Below, piece after piece: positions 1 through 11,452 of a DNA stretch of 64,000 bases. A program made the translations under genes and the position numbers. Below the pieces are notes generated by a model that searched no databases, was not told the DNA's origin, and worked only from the letters and a program-made list of their open reading frames with translations. Source of the DNA: Takakia lepidozioides (Eukaryota; Plantae; Bryophyta); contig CM060732.1 in assembly GCA_030704615.1 (NCBI GenBank), forward strand, positions 66,340,001 to 66,404,000, read 5' to 3'. Every line of letters starts with the position of its first letter. Within the stretch, counting starts at the first letter, position 1.

Positions 1-308
1 AGGGGCATAAAATTTATAAGAAAATATGAACCACATAAAAATATGCATGAATGTTTAGGACCTATAACATTCAACAATCAAGTCAATATAATATTCTAAC
101 CATTATAATTTGTATTATACCCAAAGCTCAAAAATTGATTTGAATGAACTTCAAACATTTGAATCAGGTTTTGCGGTATAGGGTTTTGGATAAACAAAAG
201 TACTTCAAGTAAAAAAACATATGGAAGAGTAAGAATTTCTAAGTAAATATCTCGATGACTCTGTCATACATGTGATTAATTGAGCTTCAAATGTAGCAAC
301 TACGTTTT

Positions 309-352
309 AGGCTATAGGGTTAAGGCTATAGGGTTAAGGCTATAGGGTTAAG
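309..352. repeat. 14-bp tandem repeat (AGGCTATAGGGTTA x3)
   Basis: Three consecutive copies read directly in AT-rich sequence. Confidence 0.8.
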
Positions 353-871
353 TCTCCGGCAAAAGTATGAATGATAGGGGTAATGGGAGAGTGTAGGACC
401 TATACAAATTTTCAATTAAATATTCCAACCACTATAGTATGCAACCTCAAAGTTAGAAAAACAATTAATTCTGAGTGTCAAGCTTCAAACATTACAAAGA
501 TATTTTTATAGTACTAGGCTTAGGCTAAGCTAAAGTATATTAGATAAGAAACAAATATTATGAAAGAGTAACATTTAGGACCTATAAAAATGTCATTAAA
601 AATTCCAAACCAATTCAAAAAAAAAAATAGAAAAGTGTTTAGGAGATTATATGAAAACGACTAAGCAAAAGGTTTTTTTTTTAAATCCCAACCACTTTAA
701 CAAAATTTATTCATACAAAATTTATTGAAAGTGGTCCAAAATTGGCTAGAAGAATGAACAACATTACAATTGAGTATAACAACTATTTTTTATCCATCAT
801 TCAAAGTAATTGAGATTTAAAACATTACAAGAAAACAAGAAAGTTGGAGAGTTGTCTGCATTCATACCATT

Positions 872-1526
872 TTAGTTTTCATTATCTTGACGATTTGCTG
901 GTTCCAAATTTGCTCTAGCACTGTCCGCCTCTCGAACAGTTATCTTTTTTGTGCTTGCTTTTGTCGTATTTTTTCTCGGTAGTATTGTCCACACTACATT
1001 GTCAACATGAATCCATTGAGCCCATTGGGTTGAACTCCCAATTTTTGGACCAACAATCTTTGTATCTATCTGCATCCGTAGGATTGCCCCCTTTCTTCGG
1101 TCTCCACCACTCCACAAAAAGCTTTTTGTAATTGCAATCTTCACTATCTCGTACAACATCCGATATGTCATTCCAATCCAAACAGGAAAAGTCTCCGTAT
1201 CATTTGGGCGAACAAGGACAAAGAATCCCTTCTCAATATCATTGAATGGATTCAACGGTATTTTCGGACGGTCACATCTTGGCAAAAAAAAAAAAAACCT
1301 TGATTCGATTTGTTCTACATATCTTCCTCTTCATCATCTTCATGCTCATCCTCCTCTTCCTCTTCCTTTTCCTCTTCCTCCTCCTCCTCTTCCTCGTCTT
1401 TTGTTGCTTCATCCTCATCTGCATCGTCGTCATCTGTTTCTTCTTCTTATTCCTTATCTTCCTCCTCATCCTCACCATCTTATGTTTCTTCCTCCTCTCC
1501 CTTATATCCTCTATCATTGTTTGTCC
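872..1526 (-). pseudogene. 3' part of a decayed, probably TE-associated gene (D/E-rich tract plus C-terminal PVWIG..W..WIHVD domain); left flank of the CACTA insertion
   Basis: Minus-strand acidic tract with in-frame stops at 1310-1526, followed by ORF 872-1285. The frame continues from the ORF at 8571 when the CACTA is removed. Confidence 0.45.
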
Positions 1527-1860
1527 CACTACAAGAGATGAGCGTTTTTAGGACTACGGCTTTGGCGGAGTCATAAAAACTGCACTAGGTAGACGACTAC
1601 AAAGCGCTGAAATGCGTTGCAGTCATAGTTTTATGACTCTGTAGTAATGAATATTACTACATGACTCCGGAAAGTTAGGGAGCATTGGTCAAACATTGTT
1701 GACCATGATGACAGGGATGGTTTATATGACTAGTGTGATATGTTTGACTACACATGGACGTCGTTTCATGGAATCTTATGACTCCATGACTGAAGATGGT
1801 TTCACAACTCTATTTATACGACTACATCACTACACGTGTCATTTTGAAGGCACATATAAT

Positions 1861-1966
1861 GCTAATAAGGTTGCCCATTAGGTTTAAAAAAATTAAAAAG
1901 TTACTAATAAGGTTGCCCATTAGGTTTAAAAAAATTAAAAAGTTGCTAATAAGGTTGTCCATTAGG
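1861..1966. repeat. 42-bp tandem repeat, about 2.5 copies, inside the left arm of the CACTA
   Basis: (G/A)CTAATAAGGTTGCCCATTAGGTTTAAAAAAATTAAAAAGTT at 1861 and 1903, partial copy at 1945. Confidence 0.9.
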
Positions 1967-2529
1967 GTAATCGTGAACAGATAGAAGGGCTGGGACTTGG
2001 CATTTTTTTGTCTCCTGCGCCACACCACTTAGCCGAGGGATGGAACGCAATGATAGCAGGATATGCAGGGGCGTAGGATGGAGGCGTTGAGCAAATGATG
2101 CAGGAAAGAGAAGAGGAGGAGGAGACGAGACGAGGAGAAGCAAGCTCGTCGTTCTAGGGAGAGTCAGCTTGGTCTTAGCAGGCGTGTTTCAATCTCTACC
2201 TACTCAGCTGCACCGTAGTGGTTCGATCTCATAGACCAATCTGACATTACCTGACTACAGACACAAGCAGCACACACAAGAGGTCTTTTTGGGTTGATGG
2301 TCGGTCAAATCCTCCATGGGTCAGGACACGAGGTCAAGGACAACGTGGTGAGGGCACCTTCTTCTTCAACATATTTTAGCCTGTGTTGCCCTCTCATCAG
2401 ACTCGGCCGCAAGATGCATATTGAATTCTGTAAGTTAAGTCGTCGGGTAGATCTGTGGTGGTTTGGAGTGACTTTGGCAAGTTACTGCCAGTCTGGCAGC
2501 AGGGAAGTATCTAAAAACATATAATAGAG

Positions 2530-3440
2530 GTGAGGAGAAGCTTTGGGGTGAACACTTTCCGACCCCAGTCAATGGTGGGACAATGGAGACAAAAAGGTGA
2601 ATGTCTGTTGGATTACAGAGAGAAGCAGATGCATTTCAGATTGTGATAAGTAGGGTTGGGGTGTTTTGGGGAAGAACTCCACACCAGTATGGTTGGGGTG
2701 TTTGCTGGTAGAATTCTAGGCTGTCAGAGGCATGGATAGCTGAAGGAGCAGGGATAGAGTGTGGGTCCAGATTCATCCAAGAGGGCTGGATTTCAAGCTC
2801 CACATTACCTATGATTCCCTGTGGAAGGATAGCTACAAGAAACCTACATGGGTAGATGGTCAACTGGAAGCGGCAGCAGCAGCGGCACAATTGATAAAGT
2901 CAGGCACTTCTACTGAAGGCACCTCCTTCAACACATTTCACCCTGTTTTTCCCTCTTATCAGAATTGGCCCTAAATTTCCATGTTGAATTTTGCAAGTTA
3001 GCTGGTTGAGTGAATCTAGTTTGGAGTGAGTTTGAATGATACTGCCAATGTGACAACAGGAAAGTATATAATAGAGATGAGGAGAAGCTGTGGAATGGAT
3101 ACTTTTGTGACCCCAGTCAATGGTGAGACAATCGAGGCAAAAAGGTGAATGCCTGTTAGATTATAAAGAGTAGTAGATGCAATTCAGCATAGGAACTAGG
3201 GTCATAAGCTAAGTTGGGTGTCTAGGCTGTTATTGTCAGCTGCTAGCAGCAAGGCAAGGATGAATGCATGATTTGTGCAGACGCATGGATAGCTGAAGGA
3301 GCAAGGATAGAGAGTGGGTACATAGTCTTCCAAGAGATTTCAAGCACAAGATTACATATGATTCCCTGTGGATCAATAGCCACAAGAAACCTGCATGGGT
3401 AGATGGTCAACTGAAGGCAGCAGCTGCAGCAACACAGTTG
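2530..3440 (+). pseudogene. Two decayed OSB-type PDF motifs, each split by an intron (EKLWxEYFSDPSQWWDNRxKK | IHPRGPDFKxxITYDSLW..KKPxWVDGQL)
   Basis: Half-motif exons at about 2530-2597, 2771-2900, 3077-3144 and 3325-3440, with GT donors after the KK codons. Same motif and intron position as the gene at 35.4-38.3 kb. Confidence 0.75.
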
Positions 3441-5320
3441 ATAAAACCAGGCACCTCAACCGTGACCACAGCTTCTGGAAGCGGATCAAGAGAGGGAGTC
3501 CACAATGCCTCTTCTAGCACTTATGGGCATGTGAAGATGCTTTGTGAGGCAGGCAGACTGATAGAGGCTCTACAGACTTTAAACCAAGGAGGCATTTCAG
3601 CAGATTCAGATACGTATGTCTGTCTCTTGCATAAGTGCATCAAGGTGAAAGGCCTGGAAGCTGAAAAGCAGGTGCAAACTCACCTTATACAAAGTGGATT
3701 CATGCCAAATATTATTCTCCTCAACACCCTTGTCAACATGTATGTTAAGTGCGGGGGCATCATGGATGCTCACCAAGTGTTAATAGAATGCCTCAACGAT
3801 CTTTGATCATGTGGAATATAATGTTGGGAGGATTTACCAAGCATGGGTGTGGTAGGAATGCTTTGGAGACCTATGAGCAAATGATGGGGGAAGGGGTGAA
3901 GCCCGACCACATCACGTTTGTGTGTGTTTGCAGTGCGTGTGCAAGCCTGGCAGCCCTGGAAAAGGGCAAAGAGGTGCATGGTGACATCGTCAGAGCTGGA
4001 ATCGTACCCGATGTGATCCTGAACACTGCCCTGGTGGACATGTATGCCAAATGTGGGAGCATCGAGGATGCAAAGGGAGTGTTCAACAATATGGCTGAAC
4101 GAAATGTGGTGTCGTGGAGTGCGATGCTTGCAGGGTATGCACAGCAGGGGCACGGGATGGAGGCTTTGGAGACGTATGAGCAAATGATGTGTGAAGGCAT
4201 GAAGCCCAACCACATCACGTTTGTGTGCGTGTGCAAGCCTGGCAGCCTTGGATAAGGGCAAAGAGGTGCATGGCGACATCGTCAGAGCTGGAATCATATT
4301 AGATGTGATCCTAAGCTATGCAACAAGATTCTTCCTTTATCCTTTTCCCAGCCCGGTCCTAACAATGTGTGCAGGTCTTGTTCTTTGGGGCAAATTGAAA
4401 CCTTTCACCACTGCTTCTTGACTTGTCCCTTTGCGGCCTCAATTTGGTCCAAGGTTCATACCTTGTACAGGAACTGGCGGATTTATGATTGCAGGGATCC
4501 TCTTATTATGTTACTTAATATCTCCGCTGATGTTCCCTGGCAGTCTTGTCAAGTTTGGCATGCGCTTCGAGGTCTGGGGCTGTGGCACATCTGGAAGGCT
4601 CGATGTGCTTTAGTCTTTGATAACAAACCTATTTGTGTTAAAGGAGCAATGGCCAATATTTTCTTTGACTTAATGGTTGAAGGGCACAAATTGTGGGGGG
4701 TCTTGTTGGGCACAGTACGCAGATGCTCTGAGGAACAAGGGGCTGCCCTTTTCTCCACACTTGACGCCGAATGGGGGCACCTTGGATTACTTTACAAGAG
4801 GCAGGGTGAACGAGCATGTTGGGCATCCAGACCTCTAGTCAACTGGTCCCAATCACTGGGCATCAAGGATGCAAAGGGAGTGTTCAACAATATGGCTGAA
4901 TAAAATGTGGTGTCATGGAGTGCGCTGCTCGCAGGGAATGCACAGCAGGGGCGCGGGATGGAGGCTTTGGAGACGTATGAGCAAATGATGTGCAAAGGGG
5001 TGAAGCCCGACCACATCATGTTTGTGTGCACTTGCAATGCTTCTGCAAGCCTGGCAGCTCTGGAAAAGGGCAAAGAGGTGCATGGTGACGTCATCAAAGC
5101 TGGATTTGTACCAAATGTCATTCTGAACACAACCCTGGCAGCTCTGGATGTGGGTGCATTGAGGATGCAACAGGATTGTTCGACACTATGGCTGAACAAG
5201 ATGTGGTGTCGTGGAGTGCGATGATTGCAGGATATGCACAGCAAGGGCGCGGGATGGAGGCTTTGGAGACCTATGAGCAAATGATATGCGAAGGGGTGAA
5301 GCCCAACCACATCACGTTTG
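3438..5320 (+). pseudogene. PLS-class pentatricopeptide repeat (PPR) array, frameshifted and interrupted
   Basis: Repeats such as NTALVDMYAKCGSIEDA..VF..M..RNVVSW..M..GYAQQG.G.EAL..YEQM..EG.KP..ITFVCV. Frameshifts near 3785, 4230 and 5220, a stop at 4901 and an L1 patch at 4312-4857. Confidence 0.9.
4312..4857 (+). mobile_element. L1 LINE ORF2 C-terminal fragment (zf-RVT region)
   Basis: CRSC..ETFHHCFLTCPFA.SIW and LWHIWKARC..VF motifs typical of the plant L1 ORF2 C-terminus. Confidence 0.75.
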
Positions 5321-5459
5321 TGGAACTAGTGTGATAAGGTAATAAGGTGAGTTGGGTGTTTCCTAGAACAAATCTAGGCTGTTATTTGTCGGCTGCTAGA
5401 AGCACGGCAAGGATGTATGCATGATTTGTGCAGAGGCGTGGATAGCATGAAAGTAGCTG

Positions 5460-5962
5460 CACTGTCACATTATCCAAAGTGGATTCACGCCAAATGTTCT
5501 TCTACTCAGCACCCATGTCAAACATGTATGTTAAGTGCAGGAGGATCATGCATGCTCACCAAGTTTTGAACAGAATGCCTCAACGATCTTTGACCACGTG
5601 GAATATAATGTTGGCAGGATTTACCAAGCATAGGTGTGGTAGGAATGCTTTGGAGACCTATGAGCAAATGATGCACGAAGGGGTGAAGCCTAACCACATC
5701 AAGTTTGTTTGTGTTTGCAATGCGTGTGCATGCATGGGAGCTCTGGAAAAGGGGAAAGAGATCCATGGTGACATCGTCAAAGCTGGAAATGTACCAGATG
5801 TCATTCTGAACACTGCTCTGGTGGACATGTATGCCAAATGTGGATGCATTAAGGATGCGAAGGGAGTTTTCAACACTATGGTTGAACGAGATGTGGTGTC
5901 ATGGAATGCGATGCTTGCAGGGTATGCAGAGCAGGGACATGGTATGGAGGCTTTGGACACTA
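5460..5962 (+). pseudogene. Second PLS-PPR fragment, a paralogous copy of about 3690-4170
   Basis: ORF 5479-6000 is nearly identical to the first PPR repeats and then runs into a PDF tail. Confidence 0.85.
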
Positions 5963-6255
5963 TGATCTCCTTCAATAGCACAGCGGCTACAAGTGGGTAG
6001 ATGGTCAACTGGAAACAACAACGACAACAACACAATTCATAGAACAAGGCGCTGCTATTGAAGATACCTTCTTCAACATATTTCACTCTGTTTTCCCCTG
6101 CTATCAGAGTCATCCCTAAATTTTTATGTTGAATTCTGCAAGTTAGCTCGTTGGTGGATCTATGGTGGGGAGTGATTTTGACATGTTACTGCCAATGTGG
6201 TCGACAGGAAAGTATCAAAAAATAGATAACAGAGACTCGAGGGAGAAGCTCTGGA

Positions 6256-7197
6256 GGGTGAAAGCATGCTAATGTGTACCACTGACACTCCTGAAAATGA
6301 CTAAATTTTGACTGCTGGCGCGTTACACCGCGGCGCGTGGACATGACATGTTGCGATGAAAACGTGATAAAATTTACAGATGATAGTGGGCACCTCGACC
6401 CCATCCATCAGATGTTCGTACACCCTCTTGTATACCTCCAATTGTGCTCGTACACCGCTAATTTTGAGTTTACGATACTAACTCGACTTCCGTTTGTCAC
6501 CATTTGCTTTCCCTTCATCGCATCCAAGCCGGGTTTGGTGTGTTTGATGCCTACTTCAGTGCTGCAGATGCTCGTATAATTTTTAGGAGTTTATTTGATA
6601 TATTTGTAATTTTAAAACAATTTGCAATGAATGATACATTATTTGTAAAAACTCATTTTGGCCTCAAATTCAAAATTGGAGGATCTTGTAGCCATTTCAA
6701 GGACATGGCCTTCTTCCTTTTCAGTAGCTAAACACTTTTGGTGAAAGAACTATGTTCAAATTTTGAGGTTTAGTAGTACCAAAGTTTGGTGCCCTAAGTA
6801 ATGCGTACCACGTAGTAAGAAATTCCTATGATAATGAGTTTTTTTGGTTTTGCAGGTCTACTATCTTTTTTGCATTCTTCCATACCTTACATAAGCACAT
6901 GAAAATCCCTGATAGGACCTTCATATGTTATGAGTCTAAAAATGAGTCATAAAGGACTACAACATTTTGGGACATTTGAACCTTGTGCTATTCAAGACTC
7001 CTTCAGGACCCCTTAAACTTGTCAAATCACAAAATAATTTATATGGGCATGACAAGAACTTCAAGGGCTTTCCAATGATATAATGTGTCTGTGGTTTCAT
7101 ACTAAACTCGATATCCTAAATTTGGATAGATTGTGCCATATGTGCTGGAAAACAGTTTGTGACATCATTTTTGGGTCCTATTAGTGTGCTTTGACCC
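6256..7197. mobile_element. Non-autonomous TIR DNA element with 4-bp TSD (Sola-like), nested in a PDF exon
   Basis: TIRs GGGTGAAAGCATGCTAAT and (rc) GGGTCAAAGCACACTAAT. TSD TGGA at 6252-6255 and 7198-7201. The empty site restores EKLWSEYVSD. Confidence 0.8.
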
Positions 7198-7620
7198 TGG
7201 AGTGAATACGTTTCTGACCTCAGTCAATGGTGGAACAATCGAGGCAAAAGGTGAATGCCTGTTGGAAGCAGACGCATAGGAACTAGTGTGATAACTAGGG
7301 TTGGGGTGTTTGCTCAAGCAATTATAGGTTGTCATTGTCAGCTGCTAGCAGTAAGGCGAGGATGTATGCATGATTTGTGCAGGGGCATGGATAGCTGAAG
7401 GAGCAGGGATGAGTGTGGGTCCAGATTAATCCAAGAGGGCCAGATTTCAAGCTCCAGATTACCTATGATTCCCTGTGCAATGATAGGTACAAGAAACTTG
7501 CATGGGTAGATGGTCAACTGGAAGCTGCCGCAGCAGCGGCACAATTGATCAAATCAGGCACTGTTAATCAAGGCATCTTCTTCAACACATTTCACCCTGT
7601 TTTTCCCTCTTATTAGAATT
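7198..7620 (+). pseudogene. Third PDF-motif exon pair
   Basis: SQWWNNRG exon, then INPRGPDFKLQITYDSL..KKLAWVDGQLEAAAAAAQ (ORF 7413-7616). Confidence 0.75.
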
Positions 7621-8568
7621 GGCCGTAGCCAGAAGTATCAATGCTCTGTTTAACAGGGTCCTTGATTCAGCTAGTAGCACCAGAACAAACTAGTACTACA
7701 ACAATTCAGCCCAAGGTGTGGGCTTGCTTGTTTTTTGCTTGCTGGGCCTTTTCAGGCATGAATTTTTGGACCTTGTGGCCTTTGAGGTGTTCATTGGGAC
7801 ATTGGTCTCATTTGGATTTTTGTAATATAATTTACAGGGCGTGTATTCCCCTGTACTGGTCTATTTTGATTGTCTTGTGGTTGCTAGTATGCAGGAGGGG
7901 CATTCTGTTTTTATATCGGAATTTCACCATGTAATGAAGAATTTAAATCATTTAATTTATTTTTATTTTATATAATATTATTACATTAAACAATACTACC
8001 TATTAATAAAATTTTCCAAGCTGCTATTACCATGTTTTTAAAAATAAAATATAAATTTAAGAATTTAAAATTACAAATATAAACTATTAAATTATTTTCA
8101 AAGAACATTCTTGATGACACGTGGCATAACCCTGCTCGAACTAGAACACGTGGCATTATATGACACGATATTCTTTTATCCATATTTTCACCACGTGTAA
8201 AGATAAGTAGTCATATATTCTGTCTAAGTGCCACATGTCATATCTGAAGTGCAACAGGTGTCGTGACGTGTCGCCTGCGCAGTGGTGCACGTGTTCCTCT
8301 AAAGCCTCTCCATATAGGCAACCCTCAGCAGACAATGTAGTCATATAGTTAGTCATATGTAAGCCATAGGGTTGTGACTACATCCCTCTCTTATGTATAA
8401 CTCCAGGTGCCACGCACGCAGTCACGGCTATGACTTGCAAAACGCAGTCCTAAAGACTAGTCGCTATCACGCCGCTTTTCTCACTTCAGAGTGATGTAGT
8501 CATGAATGCATATAGGACTGAAAAAATAGTTATATGTGCAGTCATAAAAACGCTCATCTGTTGTAGTG

Positions 8569-9600
8569 TCCCTTTTTCATCCTCCATATTTGGATTGCCG
8601 TCATTGTCTAGTTTCTTGTCTACACAACATGGAAACAAAGTACACGTCTTAGAGTCCAATTTGCATGTTAAATAGAAACATAGCATGAAATATTTGACAA
8701 GTGAACACTCACACTTTTCACTTTTCTTGTGGCGCTCGGTTGCTAAAGCACACGTTTTGGCACGAAGAGGATCCACGAACATCTCTGCATTGATGTACGT
8801 CTTGACAAACTCTGCCTTTGTCAATGTCAACGCCACCGATCTACAAAACATTTAGTTACAAGGGTTAGTTTGAAATCGCACTCAGGATTGGTGAACACAT
8901 GTATGATACAAACAAGAAATATGGAGAGGTAGAATAATACCTTAGTTTGCAGCTTTCTTCCTCATGGTAGGTTAGCAAGCTGCTTGCCACCTCTTTTCGC
9001 AACTTGCAGCAAGGCATCTTCCAGTAATCATTGCCATCCCTATAGATTCTCTTCAACCGTGCCAAGTCTTGCTTGTAATCCCTAATCGGTTTGTACTGAG
9101 CAAGTTTTTTCCTCACCCACTTATCAGTCGCATTTGCACCCACGACATCATGCAAGATCTTAGCTGATAAATCGCCTCTTCCCCATTTGCAAATCCCGAA
9201 GTGGTCATACACATCTTCATCGAACCATGTTGCCAACAATTGTGCTCGCTTGTTCTTGCTTTCCATGGCCATAGAACCACCTTGTGCCATTTCTCACATT
9301 CGCTCCGCTTTCAATTTGAACCTATAACGCGCCTTGTTGTCATACACCATCTTTCTCTTATCTGCATCCACATAGATCTTCATGTTCGTTCTATGATAAT
9401 TCTGTTTTCTCTTCTTCCCATTCGTAGGGCAACCAAGCTTATCTGGAAAGAGACAATGATCTCCACACTTTACTACAAGGTGGTTTTGGAAGTTATGCTT
9501 GTCCTTCCAACCTATGGAAGGTCCTTCAGCGTAGATCAAGCAAAACCAATGTACATTCTCCCGTTTGTAGTGCACCCCCTCTTGTGCAAACGATCCACCT
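8569..9600 (-). pseudogene. 5' part of the decayed multi-exon gene interrupted by the CACTA; unknown function, probably TE-associated
   Basis: Colinear minus-strand ORFs 9294-9575, 8865-9290 and 8486-8851. NMEDEKG joins TNNDRGYKGEEEE across the TSD. Confidence 0.45.
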
Positions 9601-9982
9601 AAATAATAAAGATAGTGGATGTGTGAAATTAGGCATACCAGGGTTTTAGAAATGAAGATTTCACCTACATGATGATATCTTTGTAAAGATATTTGTCTCT
9701 AGGCATCTATTATACTTCTGTGTTAGCACTACACCTATCCTGCACATAATGCTGATACCTCTATACAGAAAAAGACACCTTTTAATACCTCTGTGGAAGT
9801 AAAGATGTTGCATACAATCCAAGCAATAAAAGAATAAAAATATACTTGAAACTAGGAATCCCCTAGGAGTCCCAAGAGTTGTAAGTAAGCATGAACTTAC
9901 TTCCTTGCCCTCCTGACACTCCTCGCCCTCCTCTTGCTAGCGCCAGTTCTGTCGAGGTAACAGGAGTTGGTACGACGTCACT

Positions 9983-10790
9983 CACTAGAAGAAAAACGTG
10001 GAATAACCACTCTATTAACCACTCATTATGAGTGGTAAAAGACACTAACCACTTTGGCCCCAGAGTGATGAAGAACCAGTGGATTAGGACAAGTGAGTGG
10101 TAAAAGACATTACGTGGCACTAGTGGTTAAGGACAGTGGTTTGAACCACTCACATCCGGGTCCACCTGTTAGCTGACGTGTCACATAGGTAAACTAACCA
10201 CTTATGACGTGTCATAGTGGTAAAGTAATGACTTCCGTTTTGCAGTGGACACGTGTAAGCCGGTGGTCCGTGGATGATATTGGAGATTATGTCAACACTC
10301 TCAGCATGGACACGTGTCGTGTGTCAGTGCTACGAAATGGATGGAGTGAAAAATTCAATGACTTCCGAAACCACTCGTTGAGTGATCATGAAATGACTCA
10401 TATAGCCATTCTATGAAAACTGAGAATATACAATATCATTCACAATGTGGTTATGTAGGTGGATGACGTCTCTCAACAGGTCATTGGAATGATTACCCAC
10501 AGAGTGGTATGTAAGCTGTTTGAGTCATCCATGGTGTCTCTCTGAGTGGGAACTATAGATTGGAGTGATTACTAACAGAGTGGTGTGTAAGTGATTAGAA
10601 ATACCACTAGAGGAATCCATACCACTAATACAGTAATATATAGGTGACTACTTATACCACTATATGAGTGGTAATGTGGGCAATTGTGTGCATTTGGCTA
10701 CTCCCACAGTTTTAAATTATACCACTATTACAGTGATGTGCAAGTGATTAGGAACATGACTAGAGGAACACGTACCACTAGTGTAGTGAA
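9983..10790. mobile_element. Orphan left end of a second CACTA family with subterminal repeats
   Basis: CACTAGAAGAAAAACG at 9983, followed by about 800 bp dense in ACCACT/AGTGGT repeats. No matching right TIR seen in the window. Confidence 0.7.
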
Positions 10791-10959
10791 AGAAGTACCA
10801 TTAGGGATTCAAGCTCCACAAAATATAATAGAATCCCAGTTGACAGTAAGTGCTGGAACACTGTCAACAAAATTCAGCCATGATAAAAGTCTGAGCCTAA
10901 CTTCTACACAACGTCTCTGCATGCATGCTAGGAACACTGAACTCATGCCTTAAGTTCAT

Positions 10960-11370
10960 GAAGTTTTTGCCTCGGTTGTCCCACCATTGACTTGGGTCAG
11001 AAAAGTATTCATTCCACAGCTTCTCCTCGTCTCAGCTGTTACCTGTTTTTGGATACTTCCATGTTGTCACATTGGCAGTACCATGTCAAAGTCGCTCCAA
11101 ACTATCAAAGGCTCACTCAACCAGCTAACTTGCAGAATTCAACATGAAAATTTAGGGCCGATTCTGATAAGAGGGAAAAACAGGGTGAAATGTGTTGAAG
11201 AAGGTGCCTTCATTACCAGTGCCTGAGTTTATTATTGTGTCGCTGCTGCAGCGGCTTCTAGTTGACCATCTACCTATGCAGGTTTCTTGTAGCTATTGAT
11301 CCATCTGGTACATTTCCAGCTTTGGTGATGCAACCAGGCACCTCCGATGCCCTTTTCCAGGGCTACCAGG
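10960..11370 (-). pseudogene. Inverted copy of PPR and PDF fragments
   Basis: Minus strand reads a PPR piece (11300-11370), a PDF tail, an intron and an intact DEEKLWNEYFSDPSQWWDNRGK. Confidence 0.8.
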
Positions 11371-11396
11371 GAGGTTTACTATTTCATGAGCAGAAA

Positions 11397-11452
11397 CCAT
11401 GAGCCATGAGCCATGAGCCATGAGCCGCATGAGCCGCATGAGCGGTGAGCCG
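11397..11452. repeat. CATGAGC(CG) minisatellite
   Basis: About 7 tandem copies read directly. Confidence 0.8.

Larger units (their letters stand above)
1527..8568. mobile_element. Non-autonomous CACTA (EnSpm) element carrying gene fragments (Pack-CACTA), 7042 bp
   Basis: Left end CACTACAAGAGATGAGCGTTTTTAGGACT and right end (rc) CACTACAACAGATGAGCGTTTTTATGACT match 27/29. 3-bp TSD TCC at 1524-1526 and 8569-8571. GTCATA/TATGAC subterminal repeats at both ends. No transposase inside. Confidence 0.93.

Noticed and set aside
309-352. Interstitial telomere array
   Set aside because: A 14-bp unit containing TAGGGTT, not contiguous TTTAGGG repeats.
1242-1576. Poly-Ser, poly-Leu and poly-Arg ORFs
   Set aside because: Alternative-frame readings of a GAR-rich acidic tract on the minus strand.
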